NCBI GenBank assembly: GCA_964474405.1
Contig: CAYYUV010000001.1
Span: forward strand, 90,310-154,309
Length of the DNA: 64,000 nt
Direction: 5' to 3'
Source of the DNA: an uncultured Oscillospiraceae bacterium
GTDB lineage: Bacteria > Bacillota > Clostridia > Christensenellales > CAG-138
Shown piece after piece: positions 9,212-16,447 of this stretch; the stretch's first letter is position 1; each line of letters begins with the position of its first letter. The notes under the pieces were generated by a model that ran no database searches, was not told the DNA's origin, and saw only the letters and a list, made by a program, of their open reading frames with translations. The position numbers and the translations under genes are program-made.

Positions 9212-10792
9212 TTAGGCCTTGGGGCCTGCATCCACGATGTGCTGCGGCATATGATCGTACTTCTTGAAGTTCTTGACGAAGCGGGACGCCAGATCCTTGG
9301 CGGTCTTTTCGTATTCCGCCTCGCCGGCTTCCTTTGCCCACATTTTCCGCGGGGAAAGCACCTCGTCGGGAACGTTCTCGCAGCTGGTCGGAACCAGCAC
9401 GTTGAAGATCGGATCGCGCGTAAACGAGCCCTCTTCGAGCTTGCCGGTCAGCGCCGCCGTCAGCATCGCGCGGGTGTATTTCAGACTCATGCGCTTGCCG
9501 TCGCCCGCCTTATGGCCGCACCAGCCGGTGTTGACCAGGTAGACATTGGCTTCATGCTCGTCAATCAGCTTGCCCAGCATCTCTGCATACAGCGACGGAC
9601 GAAGCGGCATAAACGGCGCGCCGAACAATGTGGAGAACGTGGTCTGCGGCTCGACAATGCCGCGCTCGGTACCGGCCAGCTTGGAGGTGTAGCCGGATAC
9701 AAAGTGATACATGGCCGCGTTCTTGTCAAGCTTGGAGATCGGCGGAATCACGCCGAAAGCGTCCGCCGTCAAAAAGACGATGGTCTTCGGCTGGCCGCCG
9801 ACACCTTCCAGGACACAGTTCGGGATAAATTCCACCGGATAACCCACGCGCGTGTTCTCAGTGATGGAATTGTCGTTGTAATCAAGACGGCGGGTTTCCT
9901 CGTCCATGACGACGTTCTCAACCAGCGCGCCAAACTTGATCGCGTTCCAGATCTGCGGCTCGTTCTCTTCGGAGAGGTTGATGCACTTTGCGTAGCAGCC
10001 GCCCTCAAAATTGAAGATGCCGTGCTCGCTCCAGCCATGCTCGTCATCGCCGATAAGCTTGCGGTTTGGGTCGGCGGACAGGGTGGTTTTGCCGGTGCCG
10101 GACAGGCCGAAGAACAGCGCGGAATCGCCGTCGTGACCGACGTTCGCCGAGCAGTGCATCGGAAGCACGCCCTGATGCGGCATCAAATAGTTCATGACGG
10201 AGAATACGCTCTTTTTGATCTCGCCGGCATACTGGCTGCCCGCGATGATGACCAGCTTCTTCTCAAAATCGACGATGATCGCTGCCTCGGAGTGGACGCC
10301 GTCCACAGCGGGGATGCACTTGCAGCCGGGCGCCGCAATGATCGTGAAGCCGGGAACGAAGCTGTCAAGCTGTTCCTTGGAGGGACGACGCAGCAGCTGA
10401 TGAATGAACAGGTTCTGGCTGGCCAGCTCGTTGACAACGCGCACGGACAGCGCGTGATCGGCGTCGGCGCCGGCATAACCGTCAAAGATAAATACATCGC
10501 GACCCTGCAGATAGCTCACAATGCGGTTGTAGATGTTGTCCGCCTTCTCGCGGGTGATCGGCACGTTGACCTTGCCCCAATCGATCTCGTCATGGATCGC
10601 GGGGACATCCACTACATATCGGTCGTCGGGCGAACGGCCGGTGTATTTGCCCGTTGTCACGACAAGCGCACCGCTCTCGGACAGGGTGCCTTCGCCGCGC
10701 TGCAATGCTTTCTCTACCAGAATGGCAGGCGTCAGGTTACGATAAACCGCTTTCGGCGCAATAATGCCGAGGGATTCCACATACGCTTTCAT
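9212..10792 (-). CDS. pckA: Phosphoenolpyruvate carboxykinase (ATP)
   Basis: Kinase-1a loop FFGLSGTGKTTLS and the PCK-specific GDDEHGW motif. ATG 10792 has a GGAGG RBS. Confidence 0.97.
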   Translation of the reverse strand: MKAYVESLGIIAPKAVYRNLTPAILVEKALQRGEGTLSESGALVVTTGKYTGRSPDDRYVVDVPAIHDEIDWGKVNVPITREKADNIYNRIVSYLQGRDVFIFDGYAGADADHALSVRVVNELASQNLFIHQLLRRPSKEQLDSFVPGFTIIAAPGCKCIPAVDGVHSEAAIIVDFEKKLVIIAGSQYAGEIKKSVFSVMNYLMPHQGVLPMHCSANVGHDGDSALFFGLSGTGKTTLSADPNRKLIGDDEHGWSEHGIFNFEGGCYAKCINLSEENEPQIWNAIKFGALVENVVMDEETRRLDYNDNSITENTRVGYPVEFIPNCVLEGVGGQPKTIVFLTADAFGVIPPISKLDKNAAMYHFVSGYTSKLAGTERGIVEPQTTFSTLFGAPFMPLRPSLYAEMLGKLIDEHEANVYLVNTGWCGHKAGDGKRMSLKYTRAMLTAALTGKLEEGSFTRDPIFNVLVPTSCENVPDEVLSPRKMWAKEAGEAEYEKTAKDLASRFVKNFKKYDHMPQHIVDAGPKA

Positions 10793-11233
10793 TGAAGAAA
10801 CCTCCAAATGTAATTCTGTGGGAAAACAGGCACAAACCTATCCTCCCCCATGATAAAAGAAGTATATCGCGTTTTGCCCAAAAGGACAAGTCGAATTTGT
10901 AATAGTTTTGTGATATTGGGATGTTAATTTTGCGAAACCCGCATACGGGTGCGCGTCAAACACAAAGAATCGGGGATTGGACATCCACCGGCCGATGGCA
11001 GGGGAAGAAAACAACCGTGTTTCATATGCCGTTGTTACGGAAAGGGGCGCCGTCCGACCGTGGCATAAAAACCGTCGGCATAAACCGGCATAAAATAATA
11101 TAAGCTGTGACGCGCGCTCCATGCGCTTGACAAAACGGGTGAAATACCACAGAATAAGATTGCGGAGTTGGGGTTTCGCTGTTCTCCTTTTTCTGCCGTT
11201 TTTATGTATTATTTTCGGATCGGGAGGGATCAG

Positions 11234-12556
11234 ATGCCGTCTTATCTGGATAAACGGATCACCGTGGCGGACGCGCTTGCGATGGTTCAGTCCAACTGTC
11301 AGATCGTGACCGGGTTTGGCCCGTGCGCGGCGCATGCGTTTTTGTCCGAGCTGCATACCATCGCCGATCGGGTCACCGATGTGGTGCTGACTGAGGGGCT
11401 GCTGTTTCGGGAGTACCCGTTTTTTACCGATCCCGCATACCGCAAGAGCTTTCTCCACGACAGCTGGTTCTATATGGCCTGTACGCGAAAGGCTGCCTGG
11501 ACGGGCTGCCAGTCCTATCTGCCGGGGCATCTGCATGCCACCGTGCAAAAATGGCTTCAGACGCATACGCCCGATCTGTACATCGGCGCAGCCAGCCTGC
11601 CGGACGAGCATGGATTTGTCTCGCTCAGCACGTCCTGTGTCTATGAGCGCAGCATCATTGACAAGGCAAAGACCGTGATATTGGAGATCAATCCGAACTA
11701 TCCCGTCACAATGGGCGACTGCCAGATCCCCGTTTCCCAGGTGGATTATTTTATCGAGGCGGATTATCCCGTGCCCGAGCTGATTCCCGTGCCGGTGACG
11801 GAGAAGGACCGCGTGATCGGCCGCTATATTGCGGAGTTTATTCATGACGGAGACTGCTTGCAGCTTGGCATCGGCGCCATTCCGGACGCCGTGACCCAGG
11901 AGCTGTATGGCAAGCATGATCTCGGCGTGCATACGGAGCTGATGACCACCGGCATGATGCGTCTGTATCAGGCGGGCGTCGTTACGGGCAACTGCAAACA
12001 GCGCGAACGCGGCCGCATGGTCGCGGGCTTTGCCATGGGCACGCGTGAGCTGTATGATTTTATCGACCACAATCCCGCTGTCGTGCTGATGGACATTTCG
12101 GTTGCCAACGATCCTTACGTTATCGCGCAGAATGACAATCAGGTCTCCATCAACTCCACGCTGGAGATTGATCTGACCGGCCAGTGCGCCAGTGAATCGA
12201 TCGGGTCGCGGCAGTATTCCGGAACCGGGGGGCAGACCGATACCGCCTCCGGCGCCCAGATGTCGAAGAACGGCCGCTCCTTTATCGCGCTGTACGCCAC
12301 CGCGCTCATTCAAAACCCCGCCACCGGCGAGCGCGTTGAGGTATCCAAAATTGTGCCGCAGCTCAAGCCCGGCGCGGCGGTTTCCCTTTCCCGCAACGAT
12401 GTGGATTATGTGGTGACCGAGTATGGCGTGGCTGCCCTGCGCGGCATTCCCATCCGGGAGCGGGTTGAGCGGCTGATCGCCATCGCGCATCCGAAATTCC
12501 GTGATGAGCTGCGCCGGCAGGCCTATGAATGCGGCATCCTGTATCCCCGCGCGTGA
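11234..12556 (+). CDS. Acetyl-CoA hydrolase/transferase family protein (4-hydroxybutyrate/butyryl-CoA:acetate CoA-transferase-like)
   Basis: The SGTGGQTD motif and overall family pattern. ATG 11234 is preceded by GGGAGGG. Confidence 0.9.
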   Translation: MPSYLDKRITVADALAMVQSNCQIVTGFGPCAAHAFLSELHTIADRVTDVVLTEGLLFREYPFFTDPAYRKSFLHDSWFYMACTRKAAWTGCQSYLPGHLHATVQKWLQTHTPDLYIGAASLPDEHGFVSLSTSCVYERSIIDKAKTVILEINPNYPVTMGDCQIPVSQVDYFIEADYPVPELIPVPVTEKDRVIGRYIAEFIHDGDCLQLGIGAIPDAVTQELYGKHDLGVHTELMTTGMMRLYQAGVVTGNCKQRERGRMVAGFAMGTRELYDFIDHNPAVVLMDISVANDPYVIAQNDNQVSINSTLEIDLTGQCASESIGSRQYSGTGGQTDTASGAQMSKNGRSFIALYATALIQNPATGERVEVSKIVPQLKPGAAVSLSRNDVDYVVTEYGVAALRGIPIRERVERLIAIAHPKFRDELRRQAYECGILYPRA

Positions 12557-12601
12557 ACTGGCCTTTTGCCCGCACGGGGCATTTGCATATTGGTAAATAA
12601 C

Positions 12602-12628
12602 AAAAGACGCCCGGCGGGGCGTCTTTTT
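12602..12628. terminator. Bidirectional terminator between convergent genes
   Basis: AAAAGACGCCC-GGCG-GGGCGTCTTTTT: an 8-bp GC stem flanked by A and T runs. Confidence 0.8.
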
Positions 12629-12642
12629 GACACGGTCAGGCG

Positions 12643-13422
12643 TTACGGCACCGGCGTGCCGGAAGGCACAGAGCTGCTTGCCTTGATGTATTGGGCATAG
12701 GCATAGCACTTGGCGCCGCTGGAGGCGACCTCAATATAGTAGAAATCGCCCGTCTTGAAGTAGATGTATACGACAGCGCCCTCAGACAGCTCACCTACGG
12801 CCTTGCTGTCCTTGGTCGGGCCCTCGCGCAGCGCGACAGAGCTCGCGCTGACCTTGCCGGTCACGGCGCCGGTCGGGGCGTCGCCCGCCTCCACCGCTTT
12901 GACATAGTCTTTGGAAATATAGCCGAGCTTGCCGTCCTTGACGATCTTGACAAAGCAGAAGCCGTCCTTCGTCTCGTAGACAATCACCTCGGTGTCCTTG
13001 TTGTACTTGCCGAGAGATACATATTTGGTTGACGGTCCGCCGCGCAGGTTCACATCGTTGGCGGTTACGGTGCCGCTGGTTGCGTTATCCTTTTGCTTGC
13101 TGGTGGGCTCCGTGCCGAGCGCGGGCAGCGGCGTCTCCGCGGGCGCCGACGTCGCGGGGGTCGTGGTCTGTGTTTGCGGCGACTGCGTGGCCGTGGCTGG
13201 ATCGGGCGTCGTGATGACAGGCGCATCCGTTGCAGGCGGAGCCGTTACGACGTTCTCCGGTGAAAAAGTGGGCGCGACCGTGGGGGTCAATTCGCTGCTC
13301 TGATTGCCCTTGGCGCAGGAATTGGCAAAAATGATGATGATGCATGCCACGATGACCAGCACGATACCCAGTATAAAAAGATATCCGCGCGGGGTAATGC
13401 GCAGTTTCTTTTGTGTTGCCAT
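12643..13422 (-). CDS. Membrane-anchored protein with Thr/Pro-rich linker and two bacterial SH3 domains
   Basis: N-terminal TM (YLFILGIVLVIVACIIIIF), a TP-rich spacer, and two SH3b-like repeats (VNLRGGPSTKY..., VALREGPTKDSKAVG...). GGAGGG RBS. Confidence 0.85.
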   Translation of the reverse strand: MATQKKLRITPRGYLFILGIVLVIVACIIIIFANSCAKGNQSSELTPTVAPTFSPENVVTAPPATDAPVITTPDPATATQSPQTQTTTPATSAPAETPLPALGTEPTSKQKDNATSGTVTANDVNLRGGPSTKYVSLGKYNKDTEVIVYETKDGFCFVKIVKDGKLGYISKDYVKAVEAGDAPTGAVTGKVSASSVALREGPTKDSKAVGELSEGAVVYIYFKTGDFYYIEVASSGAKCYAYAQYIKASSSVPSGTPVP

Positions 13423-13491
13423 ATTGATCCCTCCAATCTATGCATGCAGTGTATCATACTTTTCCGGGTTTTCCAATAGGGAAACAATGGC

Positions 13492-13520
13492 TTGACGGGC
13501 GTCAGCGCATCTGGGATAAT
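13492..13520 (+). promoter_or_regulatory. Sigma-70-like promoter for the 166-aa ORF (and possibly the RT operon)
   Basis: TTGACG (13492-13497), 17-nt spacer, GATAAT (13515-13520). Confidence 0.5.
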
Positions 13521-13551
13521 ATGCCTATGATCATGACAGGAGGGGCGGCAC

Positions 13552-14052
13552 ATGGGAATTCTGGACAAACTGGCCAAAAAGGGGCTTAGTGGGCTGAAGG
13601 ACACGTTGGAAGATGTCATCGGTGTGGATTTCGATCGCGCGGCGTCCGGGCGGCCAGGTGGTTCCTTTACGCAATCGGCTGACCGTGCGCGTCCCGCCGA
13701 ACGAAGCTATGCCGCGCCGCGCGCGCAGGAAGCGCCAAAGCGCAATCTGTTCGCCTTCTTTGGTGAGCTTTTGGACAGTGAGTTTTCGGAGTATGAGGTG
13801 CAAACGCGCGTCGCGGCGCCGGCGCTTGGGCTCAATGTGGATCCGTGCAAGCCGTATGATTTTATCTTGTGCCGGGATGGATATGTTTGCGCCGCGATCA
13901 TGCTGACGCCGCACAACCGGGACAGAAACGCCGCGTTTTTGAACGCGCGCGCCGCCGCGCAGCAGCTTGGGATACCGTTTGTCAACTTTTATCTCCATTA
14001 TCCGAACGAGCGAAGCTACGTCATCCGGCGCATTCGCAGCTTCCTAGCCTGA
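13552..14052 (+). CDS. Hypothetical protein; disordered N-terminal half, C-terminal domain vaguely DUF2726/PD-(D/E)xK-like but lacking obvious catalytic residues
   Basis: Strong RBS AGGAGGGG 7 nt before the ATG. The coding-like C-terminal half reads ...PYDFILCRDGYVCAAIMLTPHNRDRNAAFLNARAAAQQLGIPFVNFY.... The functional assignment is weak. Confidence 0.65.
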   Translation: MGILDKLAKKGLSGLKDTLEDVIGVDFDRAASGRPGGSFTQSADRARPAERSYAAPRAQEAPKRNLFAFFGELLDSEFSEYEVQTRVAAPALGLNVDPCKPYDFILCRDGYVCAAIMLTPHNRDRNAAFLNARAAAQQLGIPFVNFYLHYPNERSYVIRRIRSFLA

Positions 14053-14062
14053 ATCCGGGAAG

Positions 14063-14198
14063 AAGAGAGGGAAATGCGGGTCTTCCCCCGCACCTGCGGA
14101 GGGGCGAAGCAGCGGCTTTCAATCGGTCGTGCAGGTGGCCGGCCGCCGTTCAGTCCTGTGTCAGCAATTGCTGCCTTCAAAGCGTCTTTCCCTCTCTT
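14063..14198 (+). repeat. Perfect 12-bp inverted repeat closing a 112-nt GC-rich structured spacer directly upstream of the RT gene (candidate ncRNA)
   Basis: AAGAGAGGGAAA (14063-14074) pairs with TTTCCCTCTCTT (14187-14198). Internal elements: hairpin 14084-14104, GGCCGGCC 14137-14144, and palindrome CAGCAATTGCTG 14162-14173. Confidence 0.85.
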
Positions 14199-14224
14199 GA
14201 TTTATTTCCTGATGTGAGAATGAT

Positions 14225-15448
14225 ATGAGCATATTGGAGGAATTGCGCGTGCCCGCGGTTTGGCGCGCGTATCTTGATGATAAGCTGCGAAAGCATGCCT
14301 TGTCCAAAAGCGAGGAGGCCGCCTGGCGCGCCATGATCGACGGCGGCTGCTGTCGCGCGGTGACGGAGCGGCTGACGGAGCCGGGGTATTGCTTTGCGCC
14401 GCCCGAGAAGCGGCTGATCAGCAAGCATGGAAACGCAAAAAAACGTGTCATATACCTGTTTTCGACGGAGGAAAATGCGGTTTTGAAGGTCATGGCTTCG
14501 CTGCTTTACCGCTATGACGGCTGTCTTTCCCCCCACTGCTATTCCTTCCGAAAGAATATTTCCGCCGCAACCGCCATTCGCCGCGTCGCATCGCTGCCTG
14601 ACCGGGCGGCGCTGTGGGGATACAAGGTGGATATTGCAAACTATTTCAATTCCGTCGATGTGTCGCTGCTGCTGCCGATCCTCCGGGACGTGCTTATGGA
14701 CGATCCCATGCTCTATGCCTTTCTGTCCCGGCTGCTGACGCAGGATCTGGCCGTGTGGGAGGGGGAGACGGTGCATGAGAAGCGCGGCATTATGGCGGGC
14801 ATGCCGCTGTCGCCCTTTCTGGCCAACCTGTATCTTGGCGAGCTGGACCGTCATTTTGACGCGCGCGGCGTTCCCTGCGCCAGGTATTCGGATGATATCC
14901 TGCTGTTTTGCGGCACGGAGGCGGCGCGTGATCTGTGCCGCGATGAGCTGCTTGCGCTGCTGAATAAGCATCATCTTGACGTGAACCCCGAAAAGGAACA
15001 GCACATTCGGCCGGGTGCGCCGTTTGCGTTTCTGGGCGTTCGGATCGACGGCGCAAGCGTGGACGTCGCGCCGTCGGCGGTGAGAAAGATGCAGGGGAAG
15101 ATCCGCCGCAAGTCGCGCGCGCTGCGGCGCTGGATGCTGCGTACCGGCGCGGAGCCTGAACGCGCGCTCAGCGCGTTTTGCCGCTCGGTCAACCGCAAAC
15201 TCTATGAGCAGGACGCCGCGCCGGAGCTGTTCTCCTGGTCACGGTGGTATTTTCCGCTGGTCAATCGTACGGACGGGCTGCATCAGATCGACCGATATCT
15301 GCAACAGTATATGCGCTATCTTCTCACCGGACGTACTGCAAAGAGCAACTATCGCATTGGATATCAAGTGTTGAAGGACTGCGGGTATCGCCCGCTTGTT
15401 TCGGCATATTATCGTTTTCGCAATGATGCGGAGAAAGGAAATCCATAA
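14225..15448 (+). CDS. Standalone reverse transcriptase (RNA-directed DNA polymerase), group-II-intron-like/unclassified; no endonuclease domain
   Basis: RT motifs are present: A = KVDIANYFNSVD (14624-14659), B = GIMAGMPLSPFLANLYL, C = YSDD (14885-14896), D/E = LDVNPEK / FLGVRIDG, plus a basic thumb-like C-terminus. An in-frame TGA at 14210-14212 fixes ATG 14225 as the start. Confidence 0.9.
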   Translation: MSILEELRVPAVWRAYLDDKLRKHALSKSEEAAWRAMIDGGCCRAVTERLTEPGYCFAPPEKRLISKHGNAKKRVIYLFSTEENAVLKVMASLLYRYDGCLSPHCYSFRKNISAATAIRRVASLPDRAALWGYKVDIANYFNSVDVSLLLPILRDVLMDDPMLYAFLSRLLTQDLAVWEGETVHEKRGIMAGMPLSPFLANLYLGELDRHFDARGVPCARYSDDILLFCGTEAARDLCRDELLALLNKHHLDVNPEKEQHIRPGAPFAFLGVRIDGASVDVAPSAVRKMQGKIRRKSRALRRWMLRTGAEPERALSAFCRSVNRKLYEQDAAPELFSWSRWYFPLVNRTDGLHQIDRYLQQYMRYLLTGRTAKSNYRIGYQVLKDCGYRPLVSAYYRFRNDAEKGNP

Positions 15449-16101
15449 TGAAGTGCATAAACACCAAGCGTCTGGTTCTGAGGCCGCTGACGGACGACCA
15501 GCTTCTGGCGTGGGCGGAGAACACGGAGGATGCGCATCTTCGGGAGGCCTACCTTCAGATGCTGGCGCGCTGTAAGGCCGATCCCCAGAACCGTCTGTTT
15601 GCGACCGCCTGGGGCATTGAGACGTGGAACGGCGTCGTCGTCGGCGATGCCGGGTTTAAGGGTGCGCCAAAGAACGGCGAGGTGGAGGTGGGCTACGGCA
15701 TTGAAGAGCCGTTTCGCGGCAAAGGATTTGCTGAGGAGGCCGTCCGGGCGCTCATCGGATGGGCATTCAGCCAAAATGGGGTGGATCTCGTGTCGGCGGA
15801 AACAGCGCCGGAGAATGCCGCCTCTCAGCACATTCTGCACAAGCTGGGCTTCGTCCCCGCTGGCGAGGGCGCGGAGGGGCCGCGCTTTTCCTGCACGCGC
15901 CGCACGGCCGTGTATACCGTGTGGTTTCTTCTTACATGCGCAGGCCTGGGTTTCTGCCTGGGCACGGCGTTTGGCAGCATGATAACCGGCCTGATCATCG
16001 GCGCAGCCGTGGGTCTTGCATCGGGGGTCACGCTGGATGTGTACGGCTTGATTCGCCGCAGGCGCAATCAGGCTGCGCGCCGCGGGACGGATGCATCCTG
16101 A
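15448..16101 (+). CDS. GNAT family N-acetyltransferase (RimJ/RimL-like) fused to a C-terminal two-helix membrane anchor
   Basis: Acetyl-CoA loop EEPFRGKGFAEEAV. The C-terminus has two hydrophobic helices (VYTVWFLLTCAGLGFCLGTAF and MITGLIIGAAVGLASGVTL) followed by RRRRNQAARR. The ATG overlaps the RT stop (TAATG, 15446-15450). Confidence 0.9.
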   Translation: MKCINTKRLVLRPLTDDQLLAWAENTEDAHLREAYLQMLARCKADPQNRLFATAWGIETWNGVVVGDAGFKGAPKNGEVEVGYGIEEPFRGKGFAEEAVRALIGWAFSQNGVDLVSAETAPENAASQHILHKLGFVPAGEGAEGPRFSCTRRTAVYTVWFLLTCAGLGFCLGTAFGSMITGLIIGAAVGLASGVTLDVYGLIRRRRNQAARRGTDAS

Positions 16102-16130
16102 CAGATTGCATGCTCGCCGCGTCTGCACCC

Positions 16131-16205
16131 GCCACACCCGCTTTACCGCGCCTGCTTCATAGAAGCCCGCGCGTACGTCTGCCACACCCGCTTTACCGCG
16201 CCTGC
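16131..16205. repeat. Two identical 25-bp direct repeats, 50 bp apart, with a hairpin between them
   Basis: GCCACACCCGCTTTACCGCGCCTGC occurs at 16131-16155 and 16181-16205. Hairpin CGCGCCTGCTTC/GAAGCCCGCGCG lies at 16147-16173. Confidence 0.95.
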
Positions 16206-16260
16206 GCCCGCCCGCTCATGCACCGTCCTGAAAAATCCGTGTAAAGTATATTGTATATGA

Positions 16261-16289
16261 TTGACAAAATATATGATCGGTGTTAAGAT
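16261..16289 (+). promoter_or_regulatory. Sigma-70-like promoter of the liv operon leader
   Basis: TTGACA (16261-16266), 17-nt spacer ending in TGT (extended -10), TAAGAT (16284-16289). Confidence 0.6.
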
Positions 16290-16447
16290 GGCCGCAATCT
16301 CAATGACGATTCGACATGCGAATCATTCGGAAAGCGGGTAACCCTGTGCAGCAGACTTGGAACGGCAACGCAGCATTCACGACGGCGGGCAGCCATTTTG
16401 GCCCGGCGTGTGCGTGTGCCGCCGCTTTCATCGCTCTCTTCCTTTCT

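Noticed and set aside
10838-12709. 623-aa ORF on the minus strand
   Set aside because: It is entirely antisense to the CoA-transferase gene, which has clear family motifs. Its Arg/Gly/His/Pro-rich composition is typical of shadow ORFs in high-GC DNA, and it has no RBS.
14053-15448. Canonical retron
   Set aside because: The flanking inverted repeat upstream of the RT is retron-like. However, the RT lacks the retron-typical VTG motif after YxDD (it has FLGVRIDG, as in group II RTs), and at 407 aa it carries a thumb-like extension. It is kept only as an analogy in the findings, not called a retron.
14053-16205. The RT as the intron-encoded protein of a group II intron
   Set aside because: Only 172 nt separate the RT from the upstream protein-coding gene, which is too little for intron domains I-III. 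The GNAT gene overlaps the RT stop, so there is no room for domains V and VI. I saw no GUGYG 5' end or domain V consensus, and there is no En domain.
14225-16205. Diversity-generating retroelement (DGR)
   Set aside because: RT motif B reads GMPLSPFLANLYL (group-II/retron-like), not the DGR-type I/LGNxxSQ. The only repeats nearby are two identical 25-mers, not a ~100-bp TR/VR pair with adenine-specific differences. There is no target gene with a C-type lectin fold.
16131-16205. Mini CRISPR array
   Set aside because: There are only two repeat copies of 25 bp with a 25-nt spacer, the repeat has no palindromic core, and there are no cas genes in the window.
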